From: Candidatus Hermodarchaeota archaeon
GTDB lineage: Archaea > Asgardarchaeota > Thorarchaeia > Thorarchaeales > Thorarchaeaceae
Reading direction: 5' to 3'
NCBI GenBank assembly: GCA_048885865.1
Contig: JBHLLF010000005.1
Location: forward strand, 67,547-131,546
Length of the DNA stretch: 64,000 nt
A model generated the notes under the pieces. It did no database searches and was not told where the DNA came from. It saw only the letters and a program-made list of their open reading frames with translations. Below, one piece after another: positions 48,603 to 59,145 of this stretch (position 1 is its first letter; each line of letters starts with the position of its first letter). The position numbers and the translations under genes were made by a program.

Positions 48603-50306
48603 CTAAGGTGAGCGTCGTCTGACATAAACAGCGCCGAGGACTATGACAGCTGCTGCCAAAGGTAGAATTACAATTGCTGTAAGTGTCAGGTCAAATACAC
48701 CGCCTGGAGGTTCTGTGGGTGTTGTGGTGCCTGTTGTAGTAGTTACTACTGGCTGTACCACAAACACATTCATCTTAGTCTCGTCCATTGTGACTGCGTT
48801 TCCTGCATCTATCAACACGTTCATTGATCTCTCGAGATAGTTGTGGAATGACTCATCCATTGGGTCAGAACCATAGTATTGGGTGCTCAGCGGTTCATAA
48901 TCAGGACTCAGAGAAGAATACGCTGTGTAGTTGAGATACTCAGCTGTTCCACAGAGCACATTCTTGGATGCCCAGTAGTCCAAGGCTACCGGGTCTATAC
49001 TAGCGCCAATGATGTCAGTGAAGCTAGCATCAGTATAACTGCTCCATGGTCCGCGCCGGGCTGAGCTCTCCAATGGATGGGCGTTGACCCAAAGCATGTC
49101 TAGGATGTTGAGGACTGGTGCTCGCGTCTGGACCATGAGGGTTGCCATTCCACCGAGTGCAATGGAGAAGTGTTCATGTGGAATTCCTGGGTCAACTGTA
49201 CTCACGATGTGTCCCTTTGGCAGACCCATGTAGTTCTTGACACACCCCGTCACTCCATAACGGAAGTGAGACTTCATGACTGGCATGTTGATGACCTTTA
49301 GCCTGTCAGTGTCATAGCCAGTTTCACTGTCCCAAACTCCATTTCTGAAGCTGACATATGCTCCGTGACCAGTTCTGAACTTGGGATATGACGTGAAGAT
49401 TTCTGTTTCAGTGGTCCAAGTGCTATTCAAGACATAACCGTCAGTGAAGTCACCCTCTGAGTATTCATCAACAGTACTATCCCTAATCGTGTCCCACAAG
49501 AATGTTGAGACATGAAAATCGTTGAAGGAGTTAACAACATCCGTCAGTGACTGGTCGTGATAGTATGAGTTGGCATAGTAATAATCGAGATTTCCAAGTC
49601 CCTGTCCATTGTCAGCAACCACAACCTCCCCGGTGAAGCCGTCTGGATGATTGCCAATTGCACTGATGACGCTTTTCACCAAATCCGTGTTAGTTCCACC
49701 TCTGGAACCCCATTGACTGTTAACTTTCAGAATCACTACATCATTGCTCCCGAACAGTCCTGAGGGCATTGATGTGGTTTCGTAGAAGCTTAGACCTTCG
49801 GACTCCATCATGTCAAGCAAGATTCTCACAGATCTGTCCATATTCCCTTGCTTTCCCATGGCATTTTGAACAATATAGAGGTCAGAGATATTCTCAGCGG
49901 AAGTGTAGGTTGTAAGGTCTAGAGGAACTCGAGTGTAGTCATCCTCCTGTGCAAGTGCGAAGTCAGCTCCAAGCTCTGCGAAGCTACTGGTGAGAAATGC
50001 GGTTCCTACCATCAAAGTGGCTAGGACAGCTACTGGCTTCATCTGTCCCAGAAACTTTCGGACTCTTCCTATACTAGGGATAAGTGCGAGAACTGCTACT
50101 TTGAACACTTGGATGTTTGAAAGCGCGGCCTGCTGGCAGGGATATACGATTCTTGAAGGCTTGCTTCCAGACCTCAGGGCAATCCAAAAGCCACTCACGG
50201 CGGCAAGAATTCCCAATGTCCAAAGTCCGGTCCTTTTCATCTTTTGTGCTTCATGGGATGAGCAAGAACCAGTAGAGTCGTCATCGTGCGACATTTTTTC
50301 TATCAA
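48603..50306 (-). CDS. DUF362-domain surface protein with C-terminal Thr-rich linker, TM helix and RRR tail
   Basis: VILKVN, VVVADNGQG, INMPVMKSH, GVTGCVKNYMG, DPVALD. Confidence 0.8.
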   Translation of the reverse strand: MIEKMSHDDDSTGSCSSHEAQKMKRTGLWTLGILAAVSGFWIALRSGSKPSRIVYPCQQAALSNIQVFKVAVLALIPSIGRVRKFLGQMKPVAVLATLMVGTAFLTSSFAELGADFALAQEDDYTRVPLDLTTYTSAENISDLYIVQNAMGKQGNMDRSVRILLDMMESEGLSFYETTSMPSGLFGSNDVVILKVNSQWGSRGGTNTDLVKSVISAIGNHPDGFTGEVVVADNGQGLGNLDYYYANSYYHDQSLTDVVNSFNDFHVSTFLWDTIRDSTVDEYSEGDFTDGYVLNSTWTTETEIFTSYPKFRTGHGAYVSFRNGVWDSETGYDTDRLKVINMPVMKSHFRYGVTGCVKNYMGLPKGHIVSTVDPGIPHEHFSIALGGMATLMVQTRAPVLNILDMLWVNAHPLESSARRGPWSSYTDASFTDIIGASIDPVALDYWASKNVLCGTAEYLNYTAYSSLSPDYEPLSTQYYGSDPMDESFHNYLERSMNVLIDAGNAVTMDETKMNVFVVQPVVTTTTGTTTPTEPPGGVFDLTLTAIVILPLAAAVIVLGAVYVRRRSP

Positions 50307-50510
50307 CTACCTGAAACACAGCATATTCTGCCTATATTATGGTTAGCGGATTAAGCATTGGAAGCGAGTCGAAACGCTTTAGCAGCACCAATCCTCCGGA
50401 GAAATTGATCAATGTGGTGCATTCTTCGACACCCAATTGATGGGTGGTGCGTCATCTCTGCTCGCCGGACCTTCAACTGCCTATCCAGAAGTCACATTCC
50501 ACAGGAAGCC

Positions 50511-51650
50511 CTAATGAATGAAGGGTGAAACTGCACCCAAGACCCTCTTTATTGTCCTGCGGTTAAGTTTCACCGCTTCAGCATCTATCTCTCTTGTGTC
50601 TTGATCCTCGAGCTTGGGGCAAGGCTTGCCCTGCAGACCATCCAATGTTGCCCTGACGCATGGCCCAAGAGTCAATGGATTGTAGCCGCCCTCAAGGACC
50701 CAGAATGATCCTTTCATCCCACAGGAGTCGACAAGCAGATCCACCATGGATGAGATATACCAAAAGGTCTTGGAATCCACGGCCATCTCCCCGATGGGAT
50801 CTGCAAAGTGTGCATCATATCCAGCTGAAACTGCAACAACATCTGGGTTGAACTTCTTTATAGCAGGGGTGACAATCCTATCGATTACCGTCCGATAGGT
50901 TGAATCAGATGCCTCTCGGTGCAGAGGAATATTGATGTTAGTACCAGCTCCACTACCATGTCCAATCTCTCGATAGTGACCGATTCCATAGCTAGTATAA
51001 TCGTATTCATGGATGCTGATGAACTGTACATTAGGATCCTCGTAGAAAATTTCAGATGTCCCATTTCCAAAGTGGTCGTCTATATCGAGAATCGTAACCT
51101 TCTGAATCTCATTCTCAGCCTGAATGTTTCTGACTGCGATTGCCACATTGTTAAAGAAACAGAGACCCATGGATGAAGAGGTCGTTGCATGATGTCCTGG
51201 AGGTCGAACCAGAGCAAAAGAATGTCTGCATGCCTTCGAAGCGACTAATTCGCCTGCAAGGAGGGCTCCTCCTAAAGCATGCATAGCTGAGGACCACAGG
51301 TCTTCACTTGCCCAGGCTGATTCCCCCAACTCGCCCCCACCAAGATCGGACATCAGCTCAATCGACTGAACGAGATATGGTTTATGGACAAGAAGGGCCT
51401 CCTCTTTTGTTGCCTGAGTTGTTTTGAACGTCTTTACATGCTCCAGTGACTTCGTTTCTTCAAGGTACTGCAACGTCATCTCAATTCGTTCTGGATTCTC
51501 AAGTGCTTCAAGACTGGGCATGAGAAATGGGGCGACATGCTTGTCGTTTCCAGACTGGTCGATGAGAGTAATAGCATCTTGTGACAACGTAGACTCGAAC
51601 TGGCTTGGTATGACTGCCTCCTTATACCCTTTCATTGGACGGATGTACAC
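50511..51650 (-). CDS. Histone deacetylase-family protein (class II-like)
   Basis: ENPERI, RPPGHHA, GLCFFNN, DIDDHFGNGT, SAGYDAH, LEGGY. Confidence 0.93.
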   Translation of the reverse strand: MYIRPMKGYKEAVIPSQFESTLSQDAITLIDQSGNDKHVAPFLMPSLEALENPERIEMTLQYLEETKSLEHVKTFKTTQATKEEALLVHKPYLVQSIELMSDLGGGELGESAWASEDLWSSAMHALGGALLAGELVASKACRHSFALVRPPGHHATTSSSMGLCFFNNVAIAVRNIQAENEIQKVTILDIDDHFGNGTSEIFYEDPNVQFISIHEYDYTSYGIGHYREIGHGSGAGTNINIPLHREASDSTYRTVIDRIVTPAIKKFNPDVVAVSAGYDAHFADPIGEMAVDSKTFWYISSMVDLLVDSCGMKGSFWVLEGGYNPLTLGPCVRATLDGLQGKPCPKLEDQDTREIDAEAVKLNRRTIKRVLGAVSPFIH

Positions 51651-51696
51651 AGAATACGACTTAAGAAGGAGTCAATTGTGGCTCAGATGTTTCAAA

Positions 51697-51918
51697 ATGA
51701 ACTCTATGCTGAATAATCCTAGAAGATTGGCATCCATAATTGCCGGTGTAATAATCTTCACCGCATGGATATTTGTCGATCTCCTCCTCCTTCCCTTCCT
51801 GCTTGTGGACTTTGGTTATGGGATTTATGAGCCAGTTGCTTTTGGCTCATGGTTTGTGATTATTCTGGTCATTCTTTGCATATGTGTCTGGGGTTCAATG
51901 ACCTCCTCAAATCAATAG
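51697..51918 (+). CDS. Small two-TM hypothetical protein
   Basis: Hydrophobic 3' part of ORF 51424..51918; ATG placed outside the overlapping HDAC gene. Confidence 0.5.
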   Translation: MNSMLNNPRRLASIIAGVIIFTAWIFVDLLLLPFLLVDFGYGIYEPVAFGSWFVIILVILCICVWGSMTSSNQ

Positions 51919-51925
51919 AATTCTC

Positions 51926-52840
51926 CTATGGCTCAATCAGACCGTCATTCAGATTAAAGGCTCTCAGAGTCGTCAGGCAGTGTACAGTAATCTTCCCTGC
52001 CCATTCTCTTTCAGCTATAGGCCAGACTTCCTCAAATTGACCCCATTTCCAGGCTGGCCACCACCCCCCATCTTCAGCCTGCCTCTGAATCTCTTCCCCA
52101 AGCAACTGGTACAGGTTGTCAGGATACATGAGAAAGAGTGAGTCCGTTGAGGGGGCGAGCCATGAAATTCTAATCTCTCCTAGTGCCTCCGATGTAAGCG
52201 GCACAATAGCTCGAATTGTTCGACTCAGCTTCTTCTTTGCATCTGATCTGAGGGGTTCAGGGAGGTATCGATATGCCCTATCCCAACACATCAGGTTGTA
52301 CAGGCCATCGATGGTTTCCAAGCTGTTCAGGTTTTCCAAGGCACGCTCGTTCAACTGCTTTAGTAGGTCCTTTGGAACATGAACCGAATGCCTATGGAAG
52401 TAGCCTAGTATCTCCGCACTTGGATTTGGCCAGTCCTTCTCCTCTGGAGAGGCCATCTCGATGACATGCCACCATGGCGCATGAGGCTCATTATTGACAT
52501 CCAAAGATGTAGCTGGCCAATAGTCATTTTCGAAGTCATACGTGGACACCAAGTACTTGATTGCCTTCTCAATGATAGGGTGGTCGGACTCGAGTCCAAG
52601 TTCAGTACAGTATTGGAGTCCCACTGACGTCGCCATTGGTGATGATGCCTTCAGTCTGAAATCCGGCTCGATAGCATTACCAAACCCTCCATCGTCATTC
52701 TGGAATTTTGCTAGTTCTTCTAGGACTTTGCTAATTGGGCCATTTTCAAAGTGGTACTCGTATAGGGCTCTATCGACAGGTCTTGCATTGGAACGCACAA
52801 ACTCGATAGCCTTTGTAAAGTTCTCCCTTGTTAGCCTCAA
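51926..52840 (-). CDS. Prenyltransferase/squalene-cyclase-repeat (alpha-alpha toroid) hypothetical protein
   Basis: QNDDGGFG..IEPD and QAEDGGW repeats; PHAPWW. Confidence 0.65.
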   Translation of the reverse strand: MRLTRENFTKAIEFVRSNARPVDRALYEYHFENGPISKVLEELAKFQNDDGGFGNAIEPDFRLKASSPMATSVGLQYCTELGLESDHPIIEKAIKYLVSTYDFENDYWPATSLDVNNEPHAPWWHVIEMASPEEKDWPNPSAEILGYFHRHSVHVPKDLLKQLNERALENLNSLETIDGLYNLMCWDRAYRYLPEPLRSDAKKKLSRTIRAIVPLTSEALGEIRISWLAPSTDSLFLMYPDNLYQLLGEEIQRQAEDGGWWPAWKWGQFEEVWPIAEREWAGKITVHCLTTLRAFNLNDGLIEP

Positions 52841-52889
52841 GTTTGGACCTCACACAATGGTGAAACATCACCCATCATAAGCGTGTTGT

Positions 52890-53360
52890 CTAGATTTCCA
52901 GCATCATGGCGGGTGTTTCCGTACACAACTTGGTGAATTCGATTGATGTCTGCACATCTTTTGGTACAATCTCTCTCTCTACTACTCGGAAGCCAAAACG
53001 ACTGAAGAAGTTTTCAGCGGTTTCTGTAAGTAGAAACAGTGTTTTGACTCCCTTCTCCCGGGCGTCTTCTATTATCGCCTCGGTAAGGACAGTACCCAGA
53101 CCTCTTCCCTGATATTCTGGGGCTATTGCCATGGACCTGAGCAAAGCCGAATTGCCATATATCTCCAAGCCTGCGCATCCCCATGGTTCGAAATTCGAGT
53201 CATTGCCCTTTAATGTCAAGAAATTCGAGATGTGCTCTTTCACTCCCTCAACAGGAAGATCCACATCATTGAGGAGACTTAGAATGGAACTGATTTCTGA
53301 TGGATTCGTTCTCTCAACCCTATAGCCAGTTGCCAATACATCCAACCTCTTTTCATCCAT
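52890..53360 (-). CDS. GNAT acetyltransferase, ArsN2-like
   Basis: GLEIYG..ALLRS.A, YQGRGLG, LLTETAE.FF, S.EF..LC. Confidence 0.82.
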   Translation of the reverse strand: MDEKRLDVLATGYRVERTNPSEISSILSLLNDVDLPVEGVKEHISNFLTLKGNDSNFEPWGCAGLEIYGNSALLRSMAIAPEYQGRGLGTVLTEAIIEDAREKGVKTLFLLTETAENFFSRFGFRVVEREIVPKDVQTSIEFTKLCTETPAMMLEI

Positions 53361-53553
53361 GATACACTATCAAATGAATATCTTTTCCCAGGCAAGAGGA
53401 CTTTGGTTGCGGCGATTGCTTCTTCAGATTGCATTTGAAAAAGGCCATAAAATGAATTATGATGCATCTTCCCGTTAATTTGGCGCCAGCTTTTCGGAAG
53501 GCTTTTTATCATCAGCATATAGCATATCTATTACTCGCCAAGGTGAACTGGGG

Positions 53554-53778
53554 ATGGTATCAGTAGTTATTCTTATTCGGGCCGAAGCGGGCGCCATCTG
53601 GGAGGCCTGCCAAGCAATAACTGAAATTGAAGGAATCGAGCGGGCCGATGTGGTCACCGGGCCGTATGATATGATTGCCTATGCTGAGCTTCCCTCAGTT
53701 GAAGATCTCAGGAAGCTGATGCAGACACTCCACACCGTTGAGGGGATTAGCCGTACAGAAACCTGTGTTTCTATTTAG
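53554..53778 (+). CDS. Stand-alone Lrp/AsnC ligand-binding domain protein
   Basis: VVTGPYDMIA, VEGISRTET. Confidence 0.85.
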   Translation: MVSVVILIRAEAGAIWEACQAITEIEGIERADVVTGPYDMIAYAELPSVEDLRKLMQTLHTVEGISRTETCVSI

Positions 53779-53859
53779 ACGCCTTGCACCCCTCATTCTG
53801 CTTAGCTAAAGAGGAAGTGTTATTACCGAACTCTATTAACAATAGTTAAAGGAGTTTTC

Positions 53860-54315
53860 GTGATGACAAAGCCGCTTGATGTTGAGATTAAGCAGGTCAC
53901 GCTCATTCGAGCGAGTCCCGAGAAGGTATATGACGCCATAGCAACTGGGGAAGGGCTGGATGCCTGGTTCACTTCAGGTTCATTTGTCGATGCCCGTCCA
54001 GGCGGGAGAATCAAATTCGTCTGGAAAGATTGGGGGCCTGACAAATACACTACTGAATCAGATGGACCAGTTTTGGAGGCTGAACGTGGAAAACGGTTCG
54101 TTTTCCAGTGGAATCCCGATCATGGAAATCCCAATCTAGCAACTACCATTGAGATTGACTTTGAATCGGTGGACGAGGGAACTGTTGTACGTCTCCGGGA
54201 GTACGGTCATGAGGACACCACAACTAGCAGAGCTGCATTGGCTGAATGCGCGGCGGGATGGGGAGAAGCACTTACGTTGCTCAAGTTCTATGTGGAGCAT
54301 GGCATCACATATTAG
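53860..54315 (+). CDS. SRPBCC/AHSA1-domain protein
   Basis: IRASPEKVYDAI....LDAWF, GW..AL..LK.YVE. Confidence 0.85.
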   Translation: MMTKPLDVEIKQVTLIRASPEKVYDAIATGEGLDAWFTSGSFVDARPGGRIKFVWKDWGPDKYTTESDGPVLEAERGKRFVFQWNPDHGNPNLATTIEIDFESVDEGTVVRLREYGHEDTTTSRAALAECAAGWGEALTLLKFYVEHGITY

Positions 54316-54357
54316 CCTGAACTGGAACCGACACATCTGATTCAAGGGAAGTCCTTT

Positions 54358-55212
54358 TTGAGGATGAGAGGAATGATAGGCAAAGTCTGTATTGTGACCG
54401 GTAGTAACTCAGGAATCGGAAAAGAAACTGCACTCGCTCTTACAGGGATGGGTGCTACAGTCGTAATGGCTGTTCGCGACCCACAACGAGGCGAAGAAGC
54501 ACGGGCTGAGATCATCAAACGGACTGGAAAAGACACAGTCGACCTAATGCTATGTGATCTCTCATCTACAAGGGCTATTCGACAGTTTGTGAAGGAATTC
54601 TCCCACAAGTATAATCGATTGGATGTACTGATTAACAATGCAGGGGCTGCATGTCATGAACGCCAAGTCACGGAGGATGGCTTTGAGCGGACATTGGCAG
54701 TCAACTATCTTGGCCCCTTTCTTCTGACAAGAGAGCTGCTGCCGCTCCTAAAGCGCAGTACACCTTCTAGAGTAATTAACCTCTCATCTGGTCTTCATGC
54801 TAGAGCAAAGATTGACTTTGACGATATCCAGAGCGAGCACAACTACAAGGGGATGCGCGTATATGAGAGTACCAAGCTAATGGTTCTCATGTACACCTAC
54901 GAACTTGCGAGGCGTCTGGAAGGAACAGGAGTTACAGCGAACGTTGTTCTCCCAGGCTTCGTGGCCACCAATCTTGGTGCTAATATGGGTGGTCTGCGCA
55001 ACAGAATCATGTTCAGGCTTGTGCGACCGTTTCAAATCAATGCACAGAAGGGTGCTGAGACCTCCGTCTATGTAGCTACATCTCCCGAGCTTGAAAGCGT
55101 CACTGGCCGATGCTTCGCTAAGAGTCAGGAAAGACTCTCTTCGGAGGATTCCTACGATGAGTCCGTGCAAAGGAAGCTCTGGGATGTTGCTGAGAGTCTT
55201 CTGGACCTTTAA
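54358..55212 (+). CDS. SDR oxidoreductase (retinol-dehydrogenase-like)
   Basis: TGSNSGIG, NNAG, YESTK, PGFVAT. Confidence 0.92.
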   Translation: MRMRGMIGKVCIVTGSNSGIGKETALALTGMGATVVMAVRDPQRGEEARAEIIKRTGKDTVDLMLCDLSSTRAIRQFVKEFSHKYNRLDVLINNAGAACHERQVTEDGFERTLAVNYLGPFLLTRELLPLLKRSTPSRVINLSSGLHARAKIDFDDIQSEHNYKGMRVYESTKLMVLMYTYELARRLEGTGVTANVVLPGFVATNLGANMGGLRNRIMFRLVRPFQINAQKGAETSVYVATSPELESVTGRCFAKSQERLSSEDSYDESVQRKLWDVAESLLDL

Positions 55213-55303
55213 TGCTCAAACAGTCTGTATGAAATCACCTCATATACCCCATATGTTCTGAACTCTCTCGACAACATAGTTCAAAAGAACCTCAGGTGAA
55301 ATC

Positions 55304-55924
55304 ATGACTGAGAAGAGCAGACTGCGCATTGAGGCCGAACAAATCATTGAAGACCTAGATATAATGGGTCTGCTCAATGCTTATGGTTATGCTCGAATAG
55401 TGGGAAGTGTTGCATTGGATCTCATTGTCAAGAGGGACATCGACATCCATGCTCTAGTCCTACTCCGTGATAAAATGGATATGGCGCAGCACCTTATGGC
55501 TGTCTTGCTTAAAGTAGAAGGCGTTGACGAAGTAAGTGTGAAGGACTATCGCGAAAGGGCATCGCTGAAGGTAGGAATTGAAGAATATCAGGGTGAATCA
55601 GGGCCTTGGAGTATTGACATCTGGTTGACGACAGATGTGAGTACTACTGGATTCGCTATAATCGATGAGTTGGAGAAATCTCTCGATGAAGAAATGCGTG
55701 AGGTGATTCTCAACATTAAACGCCATTATCATATTCGTGATCTTCTTCAGGATGGTCTCAGCAGTCTCATCTACAGAGCCGTGACAGAAGGTGGGGTTCA
55801 AAACGCTAATGAGTTCGAGCAGTGGCTAGCAAGAACTCAACTAAGGAGGCAGGATCGGGAGAGTATCTTGTCATCACTGACGCGGCGGCCAAAGAAGCCT
55901 CCAAAGGACACCAAAGAAATCTGA
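55304..55924 (+). CDS. Nucleotidyltransferase-fold hypothetical protein
   Basis: IVGS..LDL...RDIDI, WSIDIW. Confidence 0.6.
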   Translation: MTEKSRLRIEAEQIIEDLDIMGLLNAYGYARIVGSVALDLIVKRDIDIHALVLLRDKMDMAQHLMAVLLKVEGVDEVSVKDYRERASLKVGIEEYQGESGPWSIDIWLTTDVSTTGFAIIDELEKSLDEEMREVILNIKRHYHIRDLLQDGLSSLIYRAVTEGGVQNANEFEQWLARTQLRRQDRESILSSLTRRPKKPPKDTKEI

Positions 55925-55991
55925 ATTGGCCTGCAATTCCTCTCAAGAATCTTAAATACTAGAGCTACTTGCTAGAAGTCCACTTTGCAGG

Positions 55992-56876
55992 GTGATGGTG
56001 ATACGCTTGTGCAAATGGTGCTTCAAACACGGTGATGGCGGCAAGTGGTACGAAAATGCTAGGCTATATTCCAATGAATTAGCTAATGAGTACAATGCCA
56101 GAGAATACCTCGAGGAGCAGTGGAAGAATATGGAAACCCTGTTCATTCGCAAGATCCTTGGGTTCAATTCAATCGGCCTTGGTTACAAGATGCAGATGCC
56201 AATCATTGGTCGAGTGATTAGGTGGGCTGTGGAGAGGCAGATTCACAGCGAGAGTAAGAATCGAAATCCGGTTCGGGCTGATGGTCACTTTGGTCAGGTC
56301 ATTCCACTGGAGGATGCTCAACACATAATGGGAAATCTTGCGGCCGAGCCTATAATCAAGAACTACTGCGTATGTCGATGGATGCAGAGGGGAGTAAAGG
56401 ACGCCGTTTGCATCAACTTCGGTCAGCTCTCTGGGGTTATTGAGAAGCATACGCGCTATATTCCTGAGAATGTGAAATATAGACTGGACCGTGAGGAGGC
56501 AATTCAGGCCCTCCAAGAGCAGAATGAGAAAGGTTACGTTGCATCTGTGTGGTTCCAGCCTGTTCCATACATCAATGCTATCTGTTCTTGTGAAACTCCT
56601 GAGTGCGGCGGGCTACGTCTGAGAAACGACTTCAACCTTGAAACAGTGTACAAAGGTGAGTATCTCATCAACATTGATAGAGACAACTGCCAGGGTTGCC
56701 AATCTTGTATCAAGATGTGCCAGTTTAATGCTCTCCGTTATCTACCATCCATTAAGAAGGTCATAGTGGACCTCGACAAGTGCTTTGGGTGCGGTGTTTG
56801 TAGGCATGCCTGCAAGCATGATGCCCTGAATCTTGTACCACGCGAGTTAATACCTGGACAGGCAGGGAGGTACTGA
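55992..56876 (+). CDS. 4Fe-4S binding protein
   Basis: CVCR, ICSC...C, two CxxCxxCxxxC motifs. Confidence 0.85.
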   Translation: MMVIRLCKWCFKHGDGGKWYENARLYSNELANEYNAREYLEEQWKNMETLFIRKILGFNSIGLGYKMQMPIIGRVIRWAVERQIHSESKNRNPVRADGHFGQVIPLEDAQHIMGNLAAEPIIKNYCVCRWMQRGVKDAVCINFGQLSGVIEKHTRYIPENVKYRLDREEAIQALQEQNEKGYVASVWFQPVPYINAICSCETPECGGLRLRNDFNLETVYKGEYLINIDRDNCQGCQSCIKMCQFNALRYLPSIKKVIVDLDKCFGCGVCRHACKHDALNLVPRELIPGQAGRY

Positions 56877-56891
56877 ACGGGGTGATATGAG

Positions 56892-57179
56892 ATGGGGAAG
56901 ACAAAGATTACAGTAGACTATACAAAGTGTCATACCGGAGCTAGTACTGATCCACGCGACTGTAGGAAATGCCTCTACATATGTGACCCCTCCGTCTTTT
57001 TGATGCATCCAACACTTGAAGATGACCACCCAGATCCACATAATCCAGAGATATGGCGGATTGATGCGATTTGGCTATCGAAGTGCACTGGCTGCATGAA
57101 GTGCACAGAAGTCTGCCCTGAACAGGCAATCACTGTGGTACCTGGAAAGACTCTCTACGAGATGCAAACAGGTCACTGA
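56892..57179 (+). CDS. Ferredoxin-like protein
   Basis: CRKCLYIC, CTGCMKCTEVCP. Confidence 0.82.
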   Translation: MGKTKITVDYTKCHTGASTDPRDCRKCLYICDPSVFLMHPTLEDDHPDPHNPEIWRIDAIWLSKCTGCMKCTEVCPEQAITVVPGKTLYEMQTGH

Positions 57180-57375
57180 TTCAAAGGTGTAATCAATCAA
57201 AATAGCGCGTGACTTCTCATCATATATAACAGAGCTCTCTGAGGAGAGGGCTGTCCATGAATGTGCTGGGCTAGATGAGAAAGGCACTGGTGCCTGAGTG
57301 GCTTTTCCCTCATTATACAACATAGCATCTGAAGATGGTCATTCTCTCACTTTGATGATTCATGTGGTTTCCCTT

Positions 57376-59070
57376 TTAGAATGCAATTGGCAGCATTGAG
57401 GCTAGAACCCAACTGAAGAACACAGCATTTACAATGGCTCCAAGCCAGTGCTGACCGGTCAAATGATGACCCCAAAGAATCATTATTGTTGAAATGACAA
57501 ACCAAGGAGCAAAGGCATAGAAAAACAGGAATGAAAAGCCAAACAGACCTGGCAGGAGCGGAAGTCCCGTAATCATACCGTAGCCATATTGCAACACTAG
57601 GAGAATGAAATAGGGACCGCATTTGACGAGAATCGCCTTCAGCGTCCAGTTGATTTGCGTTCCTATCCACGTTTCTCTAGCCTTGGTTCGCATTGCCCCT
57701 ACAAACCATGTACTTTCGACATAGAAGTAGACAAGAAAGGGGATGATATAGATTGGGACCATGATGGCGCGTGCTACAGTCAGGTCATTGAATCCGGGAA
57801 GGAAACAGCGGAAATCGAGGGCGAGTCCCAAATCAACAAGAAGCGTCCAGACATACATCCAAGCTGCCAAGACAGTTACCAAGAGAAAGGTCATGGCTAA
57901 ATATCTAGGAGCATTATTGCCTGCCAGTCCAATTTCTGATATCATCTGTGGGCGCTTCCGTCTTATCAGCTTCAGAATCAAGAAAGAAAGTAAACCACTG
58001 CCTAGGATCCATAATGATATTGAGTCTCCATATGATTGCGGGAATGGCAGAAACAGGCCTAGGCCAAGCAAAGGATAGAATGCCCCAAGCCCTATTGCTG
58101 CGTATACAATTCCCAGTCCTAAGAACGCTCGATTATCTATTGTCCGCCTATTTGAGGAAGTCCCTCTAAGCTCGCGAAAAGGCGAAAGACCAATCAGAAT
58201 CGCCAGTAGAGGGAATTGAGTGAGAACTAGTCCAAGCAGCCCAATGAATCCACCAGTAAGCCAGAGAGAATAGATTTGGTCCCCAGATGCAACCCAGTGA
58301 GAGTCCTCTAATCCATCTTTGAGTCCATCTTTCATCCATTCAACGCTCTCAGACACTATTAGGGGGTCTATGGTTTCGAAGAGATGGTTCGTCCGAGCAA
58401 GGGTAATTCTGCGTGCGGTATCGTCGCCAAAACTGCCGTAAGTGATACCTGCCTCAATTCCTGTGACTCCAAAGAATTCTTCCAGCATTGTTAGATTATG
58501 GGGGTAACGAGAGAGAGCATCAAACTCTCCTATGGCTAGTAGCGTATTTGGGACATACGGCACTTCGCTCCGATTGAGCCCGCTACCTACCAACACAAGA
58601 GCATCAACATTGACAGATGACTCTTCAATAGCGCTCCAGGCAATTTCACCCCCCATGCTATGTCCAATTAGACCCATCGCGGAACTGTCTACGTAGTCAA
58701 GACCTGCAAGATAGTCTAAAGCGGCAGCTCCACTTCCAGTCCCTGGGTCTGAGTTGCCATGAGAATTCGCATCAATCGTCAAAACCACAAACCCTCGTCT
58801 TGATAGCTCTATTCCAAATGCCATGAGCCATTCTTTGCATTGAATCACGCCGTGTATCACTACCACACCAGGCAGTTGATTTGTGTCTGTAGCGTAAACT
58901 GGTCGTTGTAGTGTGCTATGAATCCAAGAACCATCTGAGGCTTGGAAATCGACTTCAGTCACATAGACTGTTCCAAATCCACTTTGAACACTGGCAGCCA
59001 GTGCAACACCTGAAAGCATGATTAGAATGCTCACAATCAAAACGAGATTCCTGGGTCTGAGTTTTGACAT
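57376..59070 (-). CDS. Membrane-anchored alpha/beta hydrolase with C-terminal multi-TM domain
   Basis: VVIHG, GHSMGG, GEFD, TNHL; many TM segments. Confidence 0.85.
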   Translation of the reverse strand: MSKLRPRNLVLIVSILIMLSGVALAASVQSGFGTVYVTEVDFQASDGSWIHSTLQRPVYATDTNQLPGVVVIHGVIQCKEWLMAFGIELSRRGFVVLTIDANSHGNSDPGTGSGAAALDYLAGLDYVDSSAMGLIGHSMGGEIAWSAIEESSVNVDALVLVGSGLNRSEVPYVPNTLLAIGEFDALSRYPHNLTMLEEFFGVTGIEAGITYGSFGDDTARRITLARTNHLFETIDPLIVSESVEWMKDGLKDGLEDSHWVASGDQIYSLWLTGGFIGLLGLVLTQFPLLAILIGLSPFRELRGTSSNRRTIDNRAFLGLGIVYAAIGLGAFYPLLGLGLFLPFPQSYGDSISLWILGSGLLSFLILKLIRRKRPQMISEIGLAGNNAPRYLAMTFLLVTVLAAWMYVWTLLVDLGLALDFRCFLPGFNDLTVARAIMVPIYIIPFLVYFYVESTWFVGAMRTKARETWIGTQINWTLKAILVKCGPYFILLVLQYGYGMITGLPLLPGLFGFSFLFFYAFAPWFVISTIMILWGHHLTGQHWLGAIVNAVFFSWVLASMLPIAF

Positions 59071-59145
59071 AATCGAATATCCTCTACGGGTTTTATTGAA
59101 TCGGGTTTCCCTGAGATTTATCTCCTGTGATTACTCTAGTCAAGT

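Noticed and set aside
53361-53553. ORF 53279..53518 in the gap before the Lrp-domain gene
   Set aside because: Overlaps the GNAT start, has no motif, and is probably divergent promoter sequence.
57180-57375. Unexplained ~200-bp gap containing ORF 57075..57323
   Set aside because: No recognisable homology, repeat or structure; possibly a decayed fragment, but I cannot support it.
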